This document shows, in pieces, positions 1-11,144 of a stretch of 62,564 nucleotides of DNA. The stretch is from contig CAYGGG010000001.1 in the NCBI GenBank assembly GCA_964349455.1, positions 1 through 62,564 on the forward strand, given 5' to 3'. Source of the stretch: an uncultured Muribaculaceae bacterium (lineage in GTDB: Bacteria > Bacillota_I > Bacilli_A > RF39 > UBA660). The notes beneath the pieces are model-generated. The model saw only the letters and a list, made by a program, of their open reading frames with translations, had not been told where the DNA came from and did no database searches. How positions within the stretch are numbered: the stretch's first letter is position 1; each line of letters begins with the position of its first letter. The position numbers were made by a program, and so were the translations under genes.

Positions 1-28
1 ATACTACAATTTATACTAACTTATATTA

Positions 29-57
29 TTGACAAAAAAAAATATTCAACATATAAT
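29..57 (+). promoter_or_regulatory. sigma-70-type promoter (TTGACA-17 nt-TATAAT)
   Basis: ttgaca at 29-34 and tataat at 52-57 with an exact 17-nt spacer. RBS taggagga (67-74) and ATG at 81 follow. Confidence 0.6.
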
Positions 58-80
58 AATAGCGTATAGGAGGAATAATA

Positions 81-659
81 ATGTTAGAAAATAATAATGA
101 CACACAACCATTATTAAACAAGGATGGTAGCCGAAAGTATAATACATTAACTGATTTCATTGATAGGGCTTGGTTAGATACTAAACTAGTATATAACCTT
201 GGAGAAAACACAGACGAAATAGAACAAAAATTTAAAAAAGCATTTCTAGATCAAGTAAAAATCGATTTTGAAAGAGGAACAACAATACTTAATCACGTAC
301 ATGGCGAAGGTAGAGAAGAAGCCATTAACGAACAAATCAATTGGTTACAATTTGGCGCACCTAAAATTGAAGAAGATAAAATAACTGCCGAGATGACCCA
401 AAGAGAACTTGATTTTATAAGTAACGAGGAAAGCAATATCACACATGTTAGAATAGGATACGCTAGCGGTGGTAATAAACTAACCGGAAATTTAAAAGCT
501 GGAATAATTGCCGCAGGAATCAACGAAAAAGGCGAGCTTCCTTATCCTGATACAACAATGGAAAACCACACCACCCGTCCGTGTTACCTTTATGAATATA
601 TAGAATTACCACTAGACTATGAATTCACAGAAGAATTTGAAACTTCAAAACAAAGATAA
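81..659 (+). CDS. hypothetical protein (192 aa), no recognisable domain
   Basis: ORF with a consensus promoter, a strong RBS and a downstream hairpin terminator. No motif recognised. Confidence 0.6.
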   Translation: MLENNNDTQPLLNKDGSRKYNTLTDFIDRAWLDTKLVYNLGENTDEIEQKFKKAFLDQVKIDFERGTTILNHVHGEGREEAINEQINWLQFGAPKIEEDKITAEMTQRELDFISNEESNITHVRIGYASGGNKLTGNLKAGIIAAGINEKGELPYPDTTMENHTTRPCYLYEYIELPLDYEFTEEFETSKQR

Positions 660-661
660 AG

Positions 662-689
662 AAAAAGGAATCACTTGATTCCTTTTTTT
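662..689. terminator. bidirectional rho-independent terminator between convergent genes
   Basis: Stem ggaatca/tgattcc (667-682) flanked by an A-run and a T-run. Confidence 0.7.
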
Positions 690-1777
690 CATAAATACTT
701 TTCGATTTTTTTGAACTCTGGTTCTTTTTTTAATTCAGTTCTTTCTAAATCACTAAAAATCTTTTTTTGATCACGATCAATTTGCTTAGGAATTACAACT
801 TTAATAACAACATACATATCACCCTTACCATAAGCATTAACCGAATTAACACCTTTATTTTTCAAACGATGCTTATCACCAGTTTCACTACCTGCTGGAA
901 TCGTTAACTTAACACTACCATCAATCGTTGGAATCTCTTTTTTAACCCCCAAAACCGCTTCTGAAATAGTAATTGGTAACTCCAAATAAATATCATTTCC
1001 TTCTCTTAAAAAAATTGGATGCTTTTTAACCTTAAACTCAATATACAAATCACCATTTGCACCACTACCAATATCACCTAATCCACTCATTCTCAGTTGA
1101 TTTCCAGTATCAATTCCTGCTGGAATTTTTACTTCGATTTTTTTCTTTTTTTTAACCTTACCAACTCCACTACAACTAGGACAAATTTTTTCAAACACTA
1201 GCCCCTGTCCTTCACAAGCAGAACAAACATTTCTCGTCGCAAAATTACCAAAAATAGTTCTTTGGTTCATCTCAACATAACCAGAACCGCCACAACTAGC
1301 ACATCTTTTTTCACCAAAACCACCAACCCCACTACACTCAGAACACTTCTCATTAGCCATCACTTCAATTTCTTTTTTAGCACCAAAAACAGCCTCCTCA
1401 AAAGAAATTTCCATCACCGTTAACATATCTCTTCCTTTTCTTGATCTACTAGTTCTTCCTCCAAAAAAATCAGAAAACCCACTCGCACCAAAAATATCAC
1501 CAAACATATCCGAAAAATCAAAACCAGAAAAATCAAAACCTGCACCATTACCACCAGCAAAAGCCGAATGACCATGTTGATCATACTGTGCTTTTCTTTT
1601 TTCATCACTTAAAACTGCATAAGCTTCTTGGGCTTCTTTGAATTTTTCGGCAGCTCCTACTTCCTTTGAAACATCAGGATGATATTTTTTAGCTAATTTT
1701 CGAAATGCACTTTTAATTTCTTCATTTGTTGCACTTTTTGAAACACCTAAAATTTCATAATAATCTCTTTTGCTCAT
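689..1777 (-). CDS. dnaJ: molecular chaperone DnaJ
   Basis: J-domain (YYEILGV...KKYHPD), G/F-rich linker and four CxxCxGxG zinc-finger repeats. GGAG RBS. Last gene of the hrcA-grpE-dnaK-dnaJ order. Confidence 0.97.
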   Translation of the reverse strand: MSKRDYYEILGVSKSATNEEIKSAFRKLAKKYHPDVSKEVGAAEKFKEAQEAYAVLSDEKRKAQYDQHGHSAFAGGNGAGFDFSGFDFSDMFGDIFGASGFSDFFGGRTSRSRKGRDMLTVMEISFEEAVFGAKKEIEVMANEKCSECSGVGGFGEKRCASCGGSGYVEMNQRTIFGNFATRNVCSACEGQGLVFEKICPSCSGVGKVKKKKKIEVKIPAGIDTGNQLRMSGLGDIGSGANGDLYIEFKVKKHPIFLREGNDIYLELPITISEAVLGVKKEIPTIDGSVKLTIPAGSETGDKHRLKNKGVNSVNAYGKGDMYVVIKVVIPKQIDRDQKKIFSDLERTELKKEPEFKKIEKYL

Positions 1778-1815
1778 CTTCTATCTCCTTCAATGAAGAA
1801 AAAGTCTTTCGACTT

Positions 1816-3648
<1,833 letters not shown>

Positions 3649-4107
3649 CTATTCGCTAATTTTTACCTTAGCTGGTCTTAAGACCCTTTCATTTAATAAA
3701 TATCCTTTTTGTAAAATTTCCACTACCATTCCTGGTTCAATACCATCAACTTTTTCCTTAATTAAAGCCTCATGGTAAATTGGATCAAATGGTTTATTAA
3801 TACCATCAATTTCTTTTAAATTAAAACTATATAAAGCGTTCATGAAATTGTGATAAATCATTTTATAGCCTTTCAAAAATTTAGATACCTCATCATCCAG
3901 ATTAGCATCATCCATTGCAACAGCACGCTCAAAGTCATCTAAAAACGGAAGTATTTCTTTAATTAAGTCGGCATTGGCCAAACAAACCATTTTCATAAAC
4001 TCTTCGTCTTTACGCTTGCGATAGTTAATTGCTTCTGCTTGTTGACGAATTAACTTATCCTCTAACTCGGCAATTTTTTCATTTAATTCATCTTTTTTCT
4101 TAGTCAT
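3649..4107 (-). CDS. grpE: nucleotide exchange factor GrpE
   Basis: Coiled-coil N-terminus plus a GrpE C-terminal domain (FDPxxHEA...). Lies between hrcA and dnaK and overlaps the hrcA stop by 8 nt. Confidence 0.93.
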   Translation of the reverse strand: MTKKKDELNEKIAELEDKLIRQQAEAINYRKRKDEEFMKMVCLANADLIKEILPFLDDFERAVAMDDANLDDEVSKFLKGYKMIYHNFMNALYSFNLKEIDGINKPFDPIYHEALIKEKVDGIEPGMVVEILQKGYLLNERVLRPAKVKISE

Positions 4108-5095
4108 CGTTTCCTCCTATATTTTCCTTAATATATTTCAACAAAGACAACACGCGATCATATTCCATTCTTTTTGGACCAATAATTGCAATCGTTCCTT
4201 TTTGACCACCAATCTGATAATTAGTTTTAATAATTCCAACATCATTATCAAATTCGCTCTCACTCCCAATATAAACCTTTATATCTTGATCATCAGTCTT
4301 AATCTTATTAATCAAGTCATAATCATCAAACTTTGTTAAAATTTCTCTTATTTTTTTAGTATCATTAAACTCTGGTTGAGCAAAAAATTTACTAGCGCCT
4401 TTTATTCTTATCTCTGGTTCAGTTACATCGCGAAATGCTTCATAAAAAGCCGAATATAATACTTCATGTTGTTTAATATATTTCTCAATTACTGGTTTTA
4501 TCTTAAACTCAAGCACCGAACCAACTTGATTAAGTGGTGTCCCAACAATCAAACGATTAATAATATCAACCGTTTTCTTAACCTCAGCCAAACTAATCGC
4601 TTCACTTAACAAAATATTCTTGTGCTCAACATACCCCTTATCAGTGATTAACAAAGCAACTAACTTATTTTCTGAAGTAGGTATGACCTCAACCTTAGCA
4701 ATTAAATTACTTGATGAGTCATCACCCAACACAACCGCTGTATAATTAGTCAAATCACTAACAATTTCCATGCTCTTGGTAATTACGTCATTTAAAGCAA
4801 GCGAATGATTATGAAAAATCGTTTGCAATTTTAACATGTCCTCTCCCGTTAACTCCTTTGGGCTCATAATATGATCAACATAATAACGATACCCCTTTTC
4901 ACTAGGAATTCTCCCCGAAGAAACATGCATTTTTTCAAGCATTCCTAATTCCTCTAAAAAAGCCATTTCGTTACGAATCGTTGCACTAGAACATTTTATC
5001 GCTTTGCAAATTGCATTTGATCCAATTGCTCTGGCTGATGAAATATATTCCTCAACAATCATTTTAAAAATCTTTTGTTGGCGGTTGCTTAACAT
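4100..5095 (-). CDS. hrcA: heat-inducible transcription repressor HrcA
   Basis: N-terminal winged HTH (RQQKIFKMIVEEYISSARAIGS), typical length, first gene of the dnaK operon. AAGGGAGG RBS. Confidence 0.93.
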   Translation of the reverse strand: MLSNRQQKIFKMIVEEYISSARAIGSNAICKAIKCSSATIRNEMAFLEELGMLEKMHVSSGRIPSEKGYRYYVDHIMSPKELTGEDMLKLQTIFHNHSLALNDVITKSMEIVSDLTNYTAVVLGDDSSSNLIAKVEVIPTSENKLVALLITDKGYVEHKNILLSEAISLAEVKKTVDIINRLIVGTPLNQVGSVLEFKIKPVIEKYIKQHEVLYSAFYEAFRDVTEPEIRIKGASKFFAQPEFNDTKKIREILTKFDDYDLINKIKTDDQDIKVYIGSESEFDNDVGIIKTNYQIGGQKGTIAIIGPKRMEYDRVLSLLKYIKENIGGNDD

Positions 5096-5109
5096 AAAAT
5101 CGCCTCCCT

Positions 5110-5136
5110 TTAGCAGTCTGAAACTTCAAGCGCTAT
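5110..5136 (-). promoter_or_regulatory. CIRCE-like HrcA operator (degenerate) at the transcription start of the hrcA operon
   Basis: Minus-sense ATAGCGCTT-N9-GACTGCTAA matches 14/18 positions of TTAGCACTC-N9-GAGTGCTAA. It lies just downstream of the -10 box. Confidence 0.55.
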
Positions 5137-5139
5137 TTA

Positions 5140-5169
5140 ATTATAACATACCTTTTTTAGCAATGTCAA
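5140..5169 (-). promoter_or_regulatory. sigma-70-type promoter of the hrcA-grpE-dnaK-dnaJ operon
   Basis: Minus-sense TTGACA (5164-5169), 18-nt spacer, TATAAT (5140-5145). Confidence 0.6.
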
Positions 5170-5183
5170 CACCTAATTGCTAA
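5157..5183 (-). promoter_or_regulatory. second CIRCE-like inverted repeat overlapping the -35 box
   Basis: TTAGCAATG-N9-AATTGCTAA, a 9-N9-9 palindrome with 14/18 matches to the CIRCE consensus. Confidence 0.5.
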
Positions 5184-5216
5184 AAAACGAAAACAAAAAA
5201 AAAGATAAGAAATTTC

Positions 5217-6533
5217 TTATCTTTCAACAATCTTAATGTTTACTTTTCTCGTCTTTGGTGTGTAGTTAACACGTACATCAGTTCCCTCAACCTGAACATC
5301 AATCTCATATTCGCCAGCTTTTAAGCCCGCTAAATCTAAGAAGGCTCGAACATCATCAATATTAATCCCTTCTAACACTGAAGCAACCCCTTGTAATCCA
5401 ACGTTCACCTTAACATCAGCTTGCGAAACCGCCTGCACCGCAAGACCGGTTTCCAAATTACGATATTCAATATTAATACCTTTGATTTCTTGTTCAACCG
5501 CTTCGCCAAGTGATATTCCGACCGTTACCGAACTAATACTCAAAGCACGAACTCCCAAAGGTGCTCGCAAATCAACCTTAAATTCGCGGTCTTCAGCAAG
5601 ATTATTAACATCAATTTCCAGATCAATAAAATTAATTGCTTCAATAACATCTTCTGTTCCAAAAATTTCAACTCGCGTATCACTTAATTCAATTGCACTA
5701 ATTGCTTTACCAAAGCCAACCTTACCAATTGGTTTAACACGAATTGCCACTTCCTTACTTGGCGACTCAACTCGCATTGAAGCATCAACCCGCTCTGGTT
5801 CAATTTCTACCTGAACAATTTGTCCATTACTATCATAAGCAACAATTGGCACCCCTTTTAAAACAACATCACCAATATCCGTGCTAGCTAAATTTTTTAA
5901 ATCAACCAACGCCTTTACCACTGCCACTTCATTTAAATCTTTTTCCGCACCCTTTACAATTACCGTATCAGCCGATACTTTTAAATTACTAATTACCAAT
6001 CGCTCTGATAACACATCTTGATTTAACACATCAACCGATAATGGTTTAATCTCAGAAACCTTTGGATAAATTACAACCGTTGCAACTGATGGATTAACAC
6101 TATGGGTAATTGATGGTAACGCTTGCTTATATTCAATACTAACCCGATGCGTTCCCGGCAAAAGCCCCGTCAAATCAATTGTCACTTTATGATTTGATGC
6201 CTGCTTTGCAAACATTAACTCTGAGCGTCTTCCAATTAACGTTAAATCAACTTTCTCTGGGATCCCCTCAATCACATAAGCCTCTTCATTATAAACAACA
6301 TCAATCGTTAAATCAGAAATAATTTCTGCCGAACTTTCGGTATAAACAATTAATTTCTGGTCAATTACAATAAAAACCAAAATTGAAATTGCAAGCGAAA
6401 TAAATATTAGCGTAGATTTCATCAACAACCAATTTTCAAAAAGTTTCGTAAAACCAGAAAACATTTTATTAACACTGTAAATTGCTTTCCCAATTGGCGT
6501 AATAATTATTTTTTCAAAAACAGATATTATCAT
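5217..6533 (-). CDS. cdaR: YbbR-domain protein CdaR (regulator of diadenylate cyclase CdaA); start uncertain
   Basis: N-terminal TM segment followed by repeated YbbR-type beta domains, alignable by eye to B. subtilis YbbR (GTHRVSIEYK...INPSVATVVI). Immediately downstream of cdaA. Candidate starts are 6551, 6545, 6533 and 6464. Confidence 0.85.
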   Translation of the reverse strand: MIISVFEKIIITPIGKAIYSVNKMFSGFTKLFENWLLMKSTLIFISLAISILVFIVIDQKLIVYTESSAEIISDLTIDVVYNEEAYVIEGIPEKVDLTLIGRRSELMFAKQASNHKVTIDLTGLLPGTHRVSIEYKQALPSITHSVNPSVATVVIYPKVSEIKPLSVDVLNQDVLSERLVISNLKVSADTVIVKGAEKDLNEVAVVKALVDLKNLASTDIGDVVLKGVPIVAYDSNGQIVQVEIEPERVDASMRVESPSKEVAIRVKPIGKVGFGKAISAIELSDTRVEIFGTEDVIEAINFIDLEIDVNNLAEDREFKVDLRAPLGVRALSISSVTVGISLGEAVEQEIKGINIEYRNLETGLAVQAVSQADVKVNVGLQGVASVLEGINIDDVRAFLDLAGLKAGEYEIDVQVEGTDVRVNYTPKTRKVNIKIVER

Positions 6534-6534
6534 T

Positions 6535-7356
6535 TTAAATATCATTTTCATCTTTATCACCATCTTCATCGTCAACCTCAATCGCCATTTTTTTTGGTTG
6601 AAGTTCCTCTAATAATATTAACTTTAATTCATCAATCGTTAAATTATAACGTAATTCCGAATCAATTGCAACTGAAACACGCCCTGTTTCTTCAGAAACA
6701 ATCAAAGCTAAACAATCAGTTTCCTCAGCAATTCCCAAAGCCGCTCGATGCCTCGTTCCAAGTCGTTTACTAATTTTTAAGTTGTCACTTGTCGGAAACA
6801 CAGCCCCAGCCGAAATAATTTTATCACCTTGAAGAATTACACCACCATCATGCAATGGATTATCTGGGAAAAAGATTGCAACTAGCAAATCGCTTGATAT
6901 ATCAGCATATATTTTTTTTGATTTTCCAATATATTCACCCAACGAAACATCTTTTTCAATCACAATCAAAGCACCTATCATATCCTTTTTTAATATTGAA
7001 ATCGCCTGAACAATCTCATAAACCATTCTTTCTCGCTCATCAATCGATAAAACTTTGTGCCGTCCTAAAAATTGACTTCGACCAATTTGTTCCAAAAAAT
7101 TTCTAATTTCTGGTTGAAAAATAATAATTAAGGCCAGCGGTCCCCACATAATCATATAATCAATAACATAAGCCGTTGCCACCAAATTAAAAAGATCACT
7201 AACAATTTTTAAAAACAAAACAAAAATTATTCCTTTAAAAAGCAATAGCATTCGCACATTATTTCGCAAGTTTTTCATTAAATAGTAAAAAACAAGCCAT
7301 AAAATCGCTACATCTAAAATCTTTATCATCATCATTACAATACTATTAAGTGTCAT
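6535..7356 (-). CDS. cdaA: diadenylate cyclase CdaA (DisA_N domain)
   Basis: Three N-terminal TM helices, then DGGVILQGDKI...GTRHRAALGIAEETD (DAC domain motifs). I chose the ATG at 7356 behind a GGAGGGG RBS; the track start at 7368 is a TTG inside that RBS. Confidence 0.93.
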   Translation of the reverse strand: MTLNSIVMMMIKILDVAILWLVFYYLMKNLRNNVRMLLLFKGIIFVLFLKIVSDLFNLVATAYVIDYMIMWGPLALIIIFQPEIRNFLEQIGRSQFLGRHKVLSIDERERMVYEIVQAISILKKDMIGALIVIEKDVSLGEYIGKSKKIYADISSDLLVAIFFPDNPLHDGGVILQGDKIISAGAVFPTSDNLKISKRLGTRHRAALGIAEETDCLALIVSEETGRVSVAIDSELRYNLTIDELKLILLEELQPKKMAIEVDDEDGDKDENDI

Positions 7357-7429
7357 TTTCCCCTCCAATTAACATAATCATTATAACATACAAAAAGACA
7401 AAAAAAAACACTTTCAAATGAAAGTCTTT

Positions 7430-7771
7430 TTAAAATTTCCAAACATCCTCTTCATCACTTGTTTCTTCAACCTTGGGTTCCTTTTTTTCCTCTTTAGCAA
7501 TTTGTTCAATATCAATTTGTTCAGTTTTACTTAAATCGACTTCACTAATCTCTTCTTCAACAATTTCGCTATTATCACTTTGAATCACACCAGCCTCTTC
7601 AATTTCAGTAACTTCTAAATCAGGATTACTTCGTCGCGTTTTCTTATCAACACTTCCCTGACCAAAATTTGTTTTTTCAGCAAAATAACCAATAAATGCC
7701 ATTAAAGCAACAATACCGCCAGTTAAAACCCACGTTAAATTATCTTTTACAAAACTAATTGCTTGATCCAT
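7430..7771 (-). CDS. small membrane protein with a highly acidic C-terminal tail
   Basis: One TM helix (WVLTGGIVALMAFIGYF) followed by an E/D-rich tail. GGGGTGA RBS before the ATG at 7771. Confidence 0.55.
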   Translation of the reverse strand: MDQAISFVKDNLTWVLTGGIVALMAFIGYFAEKTNFGQGSVDKKTRRSNPDLEVTEIEEAGVIQSDNSEIVEEEISEVDLSKTEQIDIEQIAKEEKKEPKVEETSDEEDVWKF

Positions 7772-7832
7772 ATCTTTCACCCCAATATATTCTACATATC
7801 ATCATATCACTATTTTTTTATTTTTTCAACAT

Positions 7833-8327
7833 TTAATTTAAAAAATCAATTCCTTTATGAATATCATAACCGATTAAACCTGAAAACGATAATTGACGCA
7901 TCGCTTCATATGCAACAATCGCCACCGAATTAGCTAAATTCAACGATCTCACCTTATCAGTTGTTGGAATTCGAAAACAATTCTCAAGATTATTTTTTAG
8001 AATTTCCTTATCAATTCCAGTGCTTTCTTTTCCAAAAATCAAATAATAATTTTCAGTTTCATCAAAGAGGAATTGACAATAATCTTTTGTTGCATATCTA
8101 GTATAAAACAAATATATTCCTTTATTATTAACCTTAAAATCCAAAAAATCATCATAAACAAGATAATCTAAACTATCAGTATAATTAACAGCTGCTCGCT
8201 TTGTTTGACTTAACGCAAATCCAAACGGCTTAATTAAATGTAATCTTGCGCCAATTGCTACACAAGTACGCATAATATTGCCCGTGTTTTGAGGGATTTC
8301 CGGTTCAAACAACACAACATTAATCAA
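7833..8327 (-). CDS. trmL: tRNA (cytidine/uridine-2'-O-)-methyltransferase TrmL (SpoU/TrmH family)
   Basis: INVVLFEPEIPQNTGNIMRTC...LIFGKESTG...SLNLANSVAIVAYEA aligns along the full length to E. coli TrmL. The TTG start at 8327 is preceded by AAGGGG. The longer track ORF adds a non-homologous N-terminus. Confidence 0.88.
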   Translation of the reverse strand: MINVVLFEPEIPQNTGNIMRTCVAIGARLHLIKPFGFALSQTKRAAVNYTDSLDYLVYDDFLDFKVNNKGIYLFYTRYATKDYCQFLFDETENYYLIFGKESTGIDKEILKNNLENCFRIPTTDKVRSLNLANSVAIVAYEAMRQLSFSGLIGYDIHKGIDFLN

Positions 8328-8787
8328 TATTATACCCCTTTGTTTCAATAAAATTACGCAATCCTTCAATATCCCGATCAAACAAACTATACTTATTTTC
8401 AACAAGAAAATCATGCACAAACAAAACATAATCATTTTGATCAATCTCGTGGTCTATTAATGCTTTGATCTTCTCTTTATCCTTTTCACTCAAATCTAAT
8501 CGGTTAATATAAATCACTTCATTCAAAATATTTTGTTGTGCAAAAAGATTAACCACCTCTAGCATAAAATCCTTTTCTTGTTTTTTATCAGTAAAAATAA
8601 TAATGACATCTGGCGTTTCCAAAAGAAAATCATCTAAATTAGCAACTTTCACTTCTGGAACTAAGTTATCAATAAAACTCTCTTCTTCAACTTTTTTTTC
8701 GGCTTCACTGTATTCTTTAATCAAAAATAAAGTTAACCAAACAAACCCAATTGAAATAATGCCTAACAACAAATAATTTTTCACCAA
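8320..8787 (-). CDS. membrane-anchored hypothetical protein (possibly a thioredoxin-like fold without CxxC)
   Basis: GTG start and an N-terminal TM helix. No catalytic motif recognised. Sits in an operon between the AAA+ gene and trmL. Confidence 0.5.
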   Translation of the reverse strand: MVKNYLLLGIISIGFVWLTLFLIKEYSEAEKKVEEESFIDNLVPEVKVANLDDFLLETPDVIIIFTDKKQEKDFMLEVVNLFAQQNILNEVIYINRLDLSEKDKEKIKALIDHEIDQNDYVLFVHDFLVENKYSLFDRDIEGLRNFIETKGYNID

Positions 8788-8798
8788 ACACCTCTTTT

Positions 8799-9776
8799 CT
8801 AAAATTCCTGAATTGCTTCTACATCATTTAATGTAACATCCGGGAACACAACATTTTCCTTATCAGCTAAAGTTTGAAATTTAGTTCTAAAACTCTCTAA
8901 TTCTTTTACAATACTATCAGGATAAATTCGTTTGCTCGTTTTAATTGCATTATATACATCAATCAATTCAACAGCCTTTCGATCAGCGAACAACGCTTGT
9001 GAAAACGCTTGTGATAAAACCGAAAAAGCAACATCAGGATACATTGCTGACAAACCATATATTCTTTTAAATTCTGAAGTTGCGTCAACAATTGATTCCA
9101 TTAATTGCTTTGCAACAAAATCTTTATATTTAAAACTAATTTTAGTTTGCTTTTCAATCTTGGGCAGTGTTTCTTGTAAAATTTTAATCGTTGTTTCACG
9201 ATCAGGCTCCAACACATCAATCTTTTCAAATCGCCTTAAAAAAGCTCGATCACGAATAATATATGCATAATATTCCTCTGCAGTAGTTGCGCCAATCACC
9301 TTAACATCCCCTCGATCAATAACCGGTTTTAAAATGTTGGCCAGATCCATTGGGCCGGCTCCTTTGCCACCCATTAAAGTGTGAACTTCATCAATAAATA
9401 TAATTGTCTTACTCAAACTTTTTGCTTCATTAACAAAAACCGACATAATTAATTCTTCCCGCCCTTTGTAAAACATTGTTCCAACTAATGAATTCGCCGT
9501 TATTTTCAAAATTTTATAACCAAGCAATCGTTCTGGTACTTTACCCATTTGAATTCGATAAGCCAGCCCCTCCACAATTGCCGTTTTACCAATTCCCGCC
9601 TTGCCAACTAACAATCCCGATTTTTCTGGCGTTAATAAAACCATAATCAGTTTTTTTATTTCATCATCACGAGCAATTGCCGGATTAGTAATAAAATTCT
9701 TGCTGGTTAAATATTCACCATTCAAAGCAACCAAACTAATATTGTCATCAAAATCTAATATTTCGATTTTTTCCAC
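8799..9776 (-). CDS. stand-alone Clp/Hsp100 D1-type AAA+ ATPase module (325 aa)
   Basis: Walker A LLVGKAGIGKTAIVEGLA, Walker B IIFIDEVHTL, and LKPVIDRGDVKVIGATTAEEY...RRFEKI align to the first AAA domain of ClpB/ClpC. No N-domain, middle domain or D2. GTG start with a GAGGGG RBS. Confidence 0.8.
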   Translation of the reverse strand: MEKIEILDFDDNISLVALNGEYLTSKNFITNPAIARDDEIKKLIMVLLTPEKSGLLVGKAGIGKTAIVEGLAYRIQMGKVPERLLGYKILKITANSLVGTMFYKGREELIMSVFVNEAKSLSKTIIFIDEVHTLMGGKGAGPMDLANILKPVIDRGDVKVIGATTAEEYYAYIIRDRAFLRRFEKIDVLEPDRETTIKILQETLPKIEKQTKISFKYKDFVAKQLMESIVDATSEFKRIYGLSAMYPDVAFSVLSQAFSQALFADRKAVELIDVYNAIKTSKRIYPDSIVKELESFRTKFQTLADKENVVFPDVTLNDVEAIQEF

Positions 9777-9790
9777 AAAACCCCTCTTCT

Positions 9791-11059
9791 CTATCTTTTT
9801 ATATAAACCCCATATCCTAACGACTCATTAAACAAAAATTCTTGATTAACCACTAATGTTTTTAATCCATATTCGTCATGATAATATCGTACATAAAGTC
9901 TCTCTTTATAATAAACATAATCTCTTAAAAATATAATGTTTGCTGGTTCTTTTGTTGTAAATACATATTTCATATAATCTGGTCTTCGCCCGGGGGCCTG
10001 ATAAACTAAGTAATCTTCATCTCTTTCAATAACATAATAAACATATCCAATCTCACCCAATATTTTTTTCACTAACCAATAATCATCTTTATTACGCACT
10101 TCATCTTCTAAAACAAATTTTACACTACTTTTTGACGCATCGTCAACGTTAGTCACTTCCCATTTGCCATTTTTAAAAACTTTTATTCCCAAATAAACAT
10201 TCCCTATTTCAATAACCTTCCCATTATCAACATCAACCTGATATTGCTTACGATTATCAAAATTATAAATATATAGCAAATCGTCAACCACTCCTTGAAA
10301 AACAGCATCAAATCCTATTGCTTCAGGCAACTCAATCGTTGTCATTACATTATTAACCAAACTAATACGCCACAATTTATCAAAATCTAAATCACGATTA
10401 TAATCAGCAAAAACAACATACTCACCAACAATTATTCTTAATTCTGTTTTATAAACATCTTTATTGAAAGGAGCTACACTAGTAATTCTTCGGCTACTAT
10501 TTTTACTCACATTATCAATTCCACGATAATTATCAACAAAAACGTAATGATCATCCAGCACGTGATCCAAATGCACCGCCGTAAATCCCTCATCCAAAAC
10601 ATTATCGGCCTCATCTACAAATTGTTCAACACTGTATGCCGGATGAATTAGTTCAACTTCCGCATCAAAACTATCATCGATTCCCCGAATTGTTTGATAA
10701 TTATAAACACCCTCATTATAATGGCAAACCACATCCGAAATTAACTGATTAAAAGCCAAAACTGGTAATAAACATGTCGCAAAATCAGTTTCAACATAAC
10801 CAATTTGTTTTATAATTTCTTCAGCACGGTAAAAATGACGATAAGTTTGAAAATAAAATGTCTCATTACCTACTCTTATTTGAAAAAAATAGTGGGAATC
10901 ATCTTTATCTCGGACAAATTCTTCATATATTTCATATGTTTTACCATCTTTTTCAATGAAATAAGTTGCTTGATGACCTTTATTAAAAAAAAGTAAAATT
11001 AATTGTAAAATAACATACAAGAAGACCAAATAAAATAGTGCCGAAATTAATTTCCTCAT
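9791..11059 (-). CDS. hypothetical membrane-anchored protein (422 aa)
   Basis: N-terminal TM helix followed by a Tyr/Asp-rich, probably beta-rich extracytoplasmic region. GAGG RBS. No motif recognised. Confidence 0.55.
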   Translation of the reverse strand: MRKLISALFYLVFLYVILQLILLFFNKGHQATYFIEKDGKTYEIYEEFVRDKDDSHYFFQIRVGNETFYFQTYRHFYRAEEIIKQIGYVETDFATCLLPVLAFNQLISDVVCHYNEGVYNYQTIRGIDDSFDAEVELIHPAYSVEQFVDEADNVLDEGFTAVHLDHVLDDHYVFVDNYRGIDNVSKNSSRRITSVAPFNKDVYKTELRIIVGEYVVFADYNRDLDFDKLWRISLVNNVMTTIELPEAIGFDAVFQGVVDDLLYIYNFDNRKQYQVDVDNGKVIEIGNVYLGIKVFKNGKWEVTNVDDASKSSVKFVLEDEVRNKDDYWLVKKILGEIGYVYYVIERDEDYLVYQAPGRRPDYMKYVFTTKEPANIIFLRDYVYYKERLYVRYYHDEYGLKTLVVNQEFLFNESLGYGVYIKR

Positions 11060-11106
11060 CTTATCAACCTCATCTATATCATATCATAAATTAACCAATA
11101 AGAAAA

Positions 11107-11136
11107 CAAAAAAAAATACTGAAATTCAGTATTTTT
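11107..11136. terminator. rho-independent terminator
   Basis: atactg-aaatt-cagtat hairpin flanked by an A-run and a T-run, downstream of the lipoprotein gene. Confidence 0.6.
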
Positions 11137-11144
11137 AATAATAA

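Noticed and set aside
5482-5814. Numerous 60-110-aa ORFs antisense to or nested in conserved genes, for example 293-523, 5482-5814, 8932-9270, 13139-13450, 22457-22714, 30296-30532 and 62226-62546.
   Set aside because: They lie entirely within better-supported genes on the opposite strand, lack an RBS, and have the low-complexity composition expected from AT-rich antisense frames.
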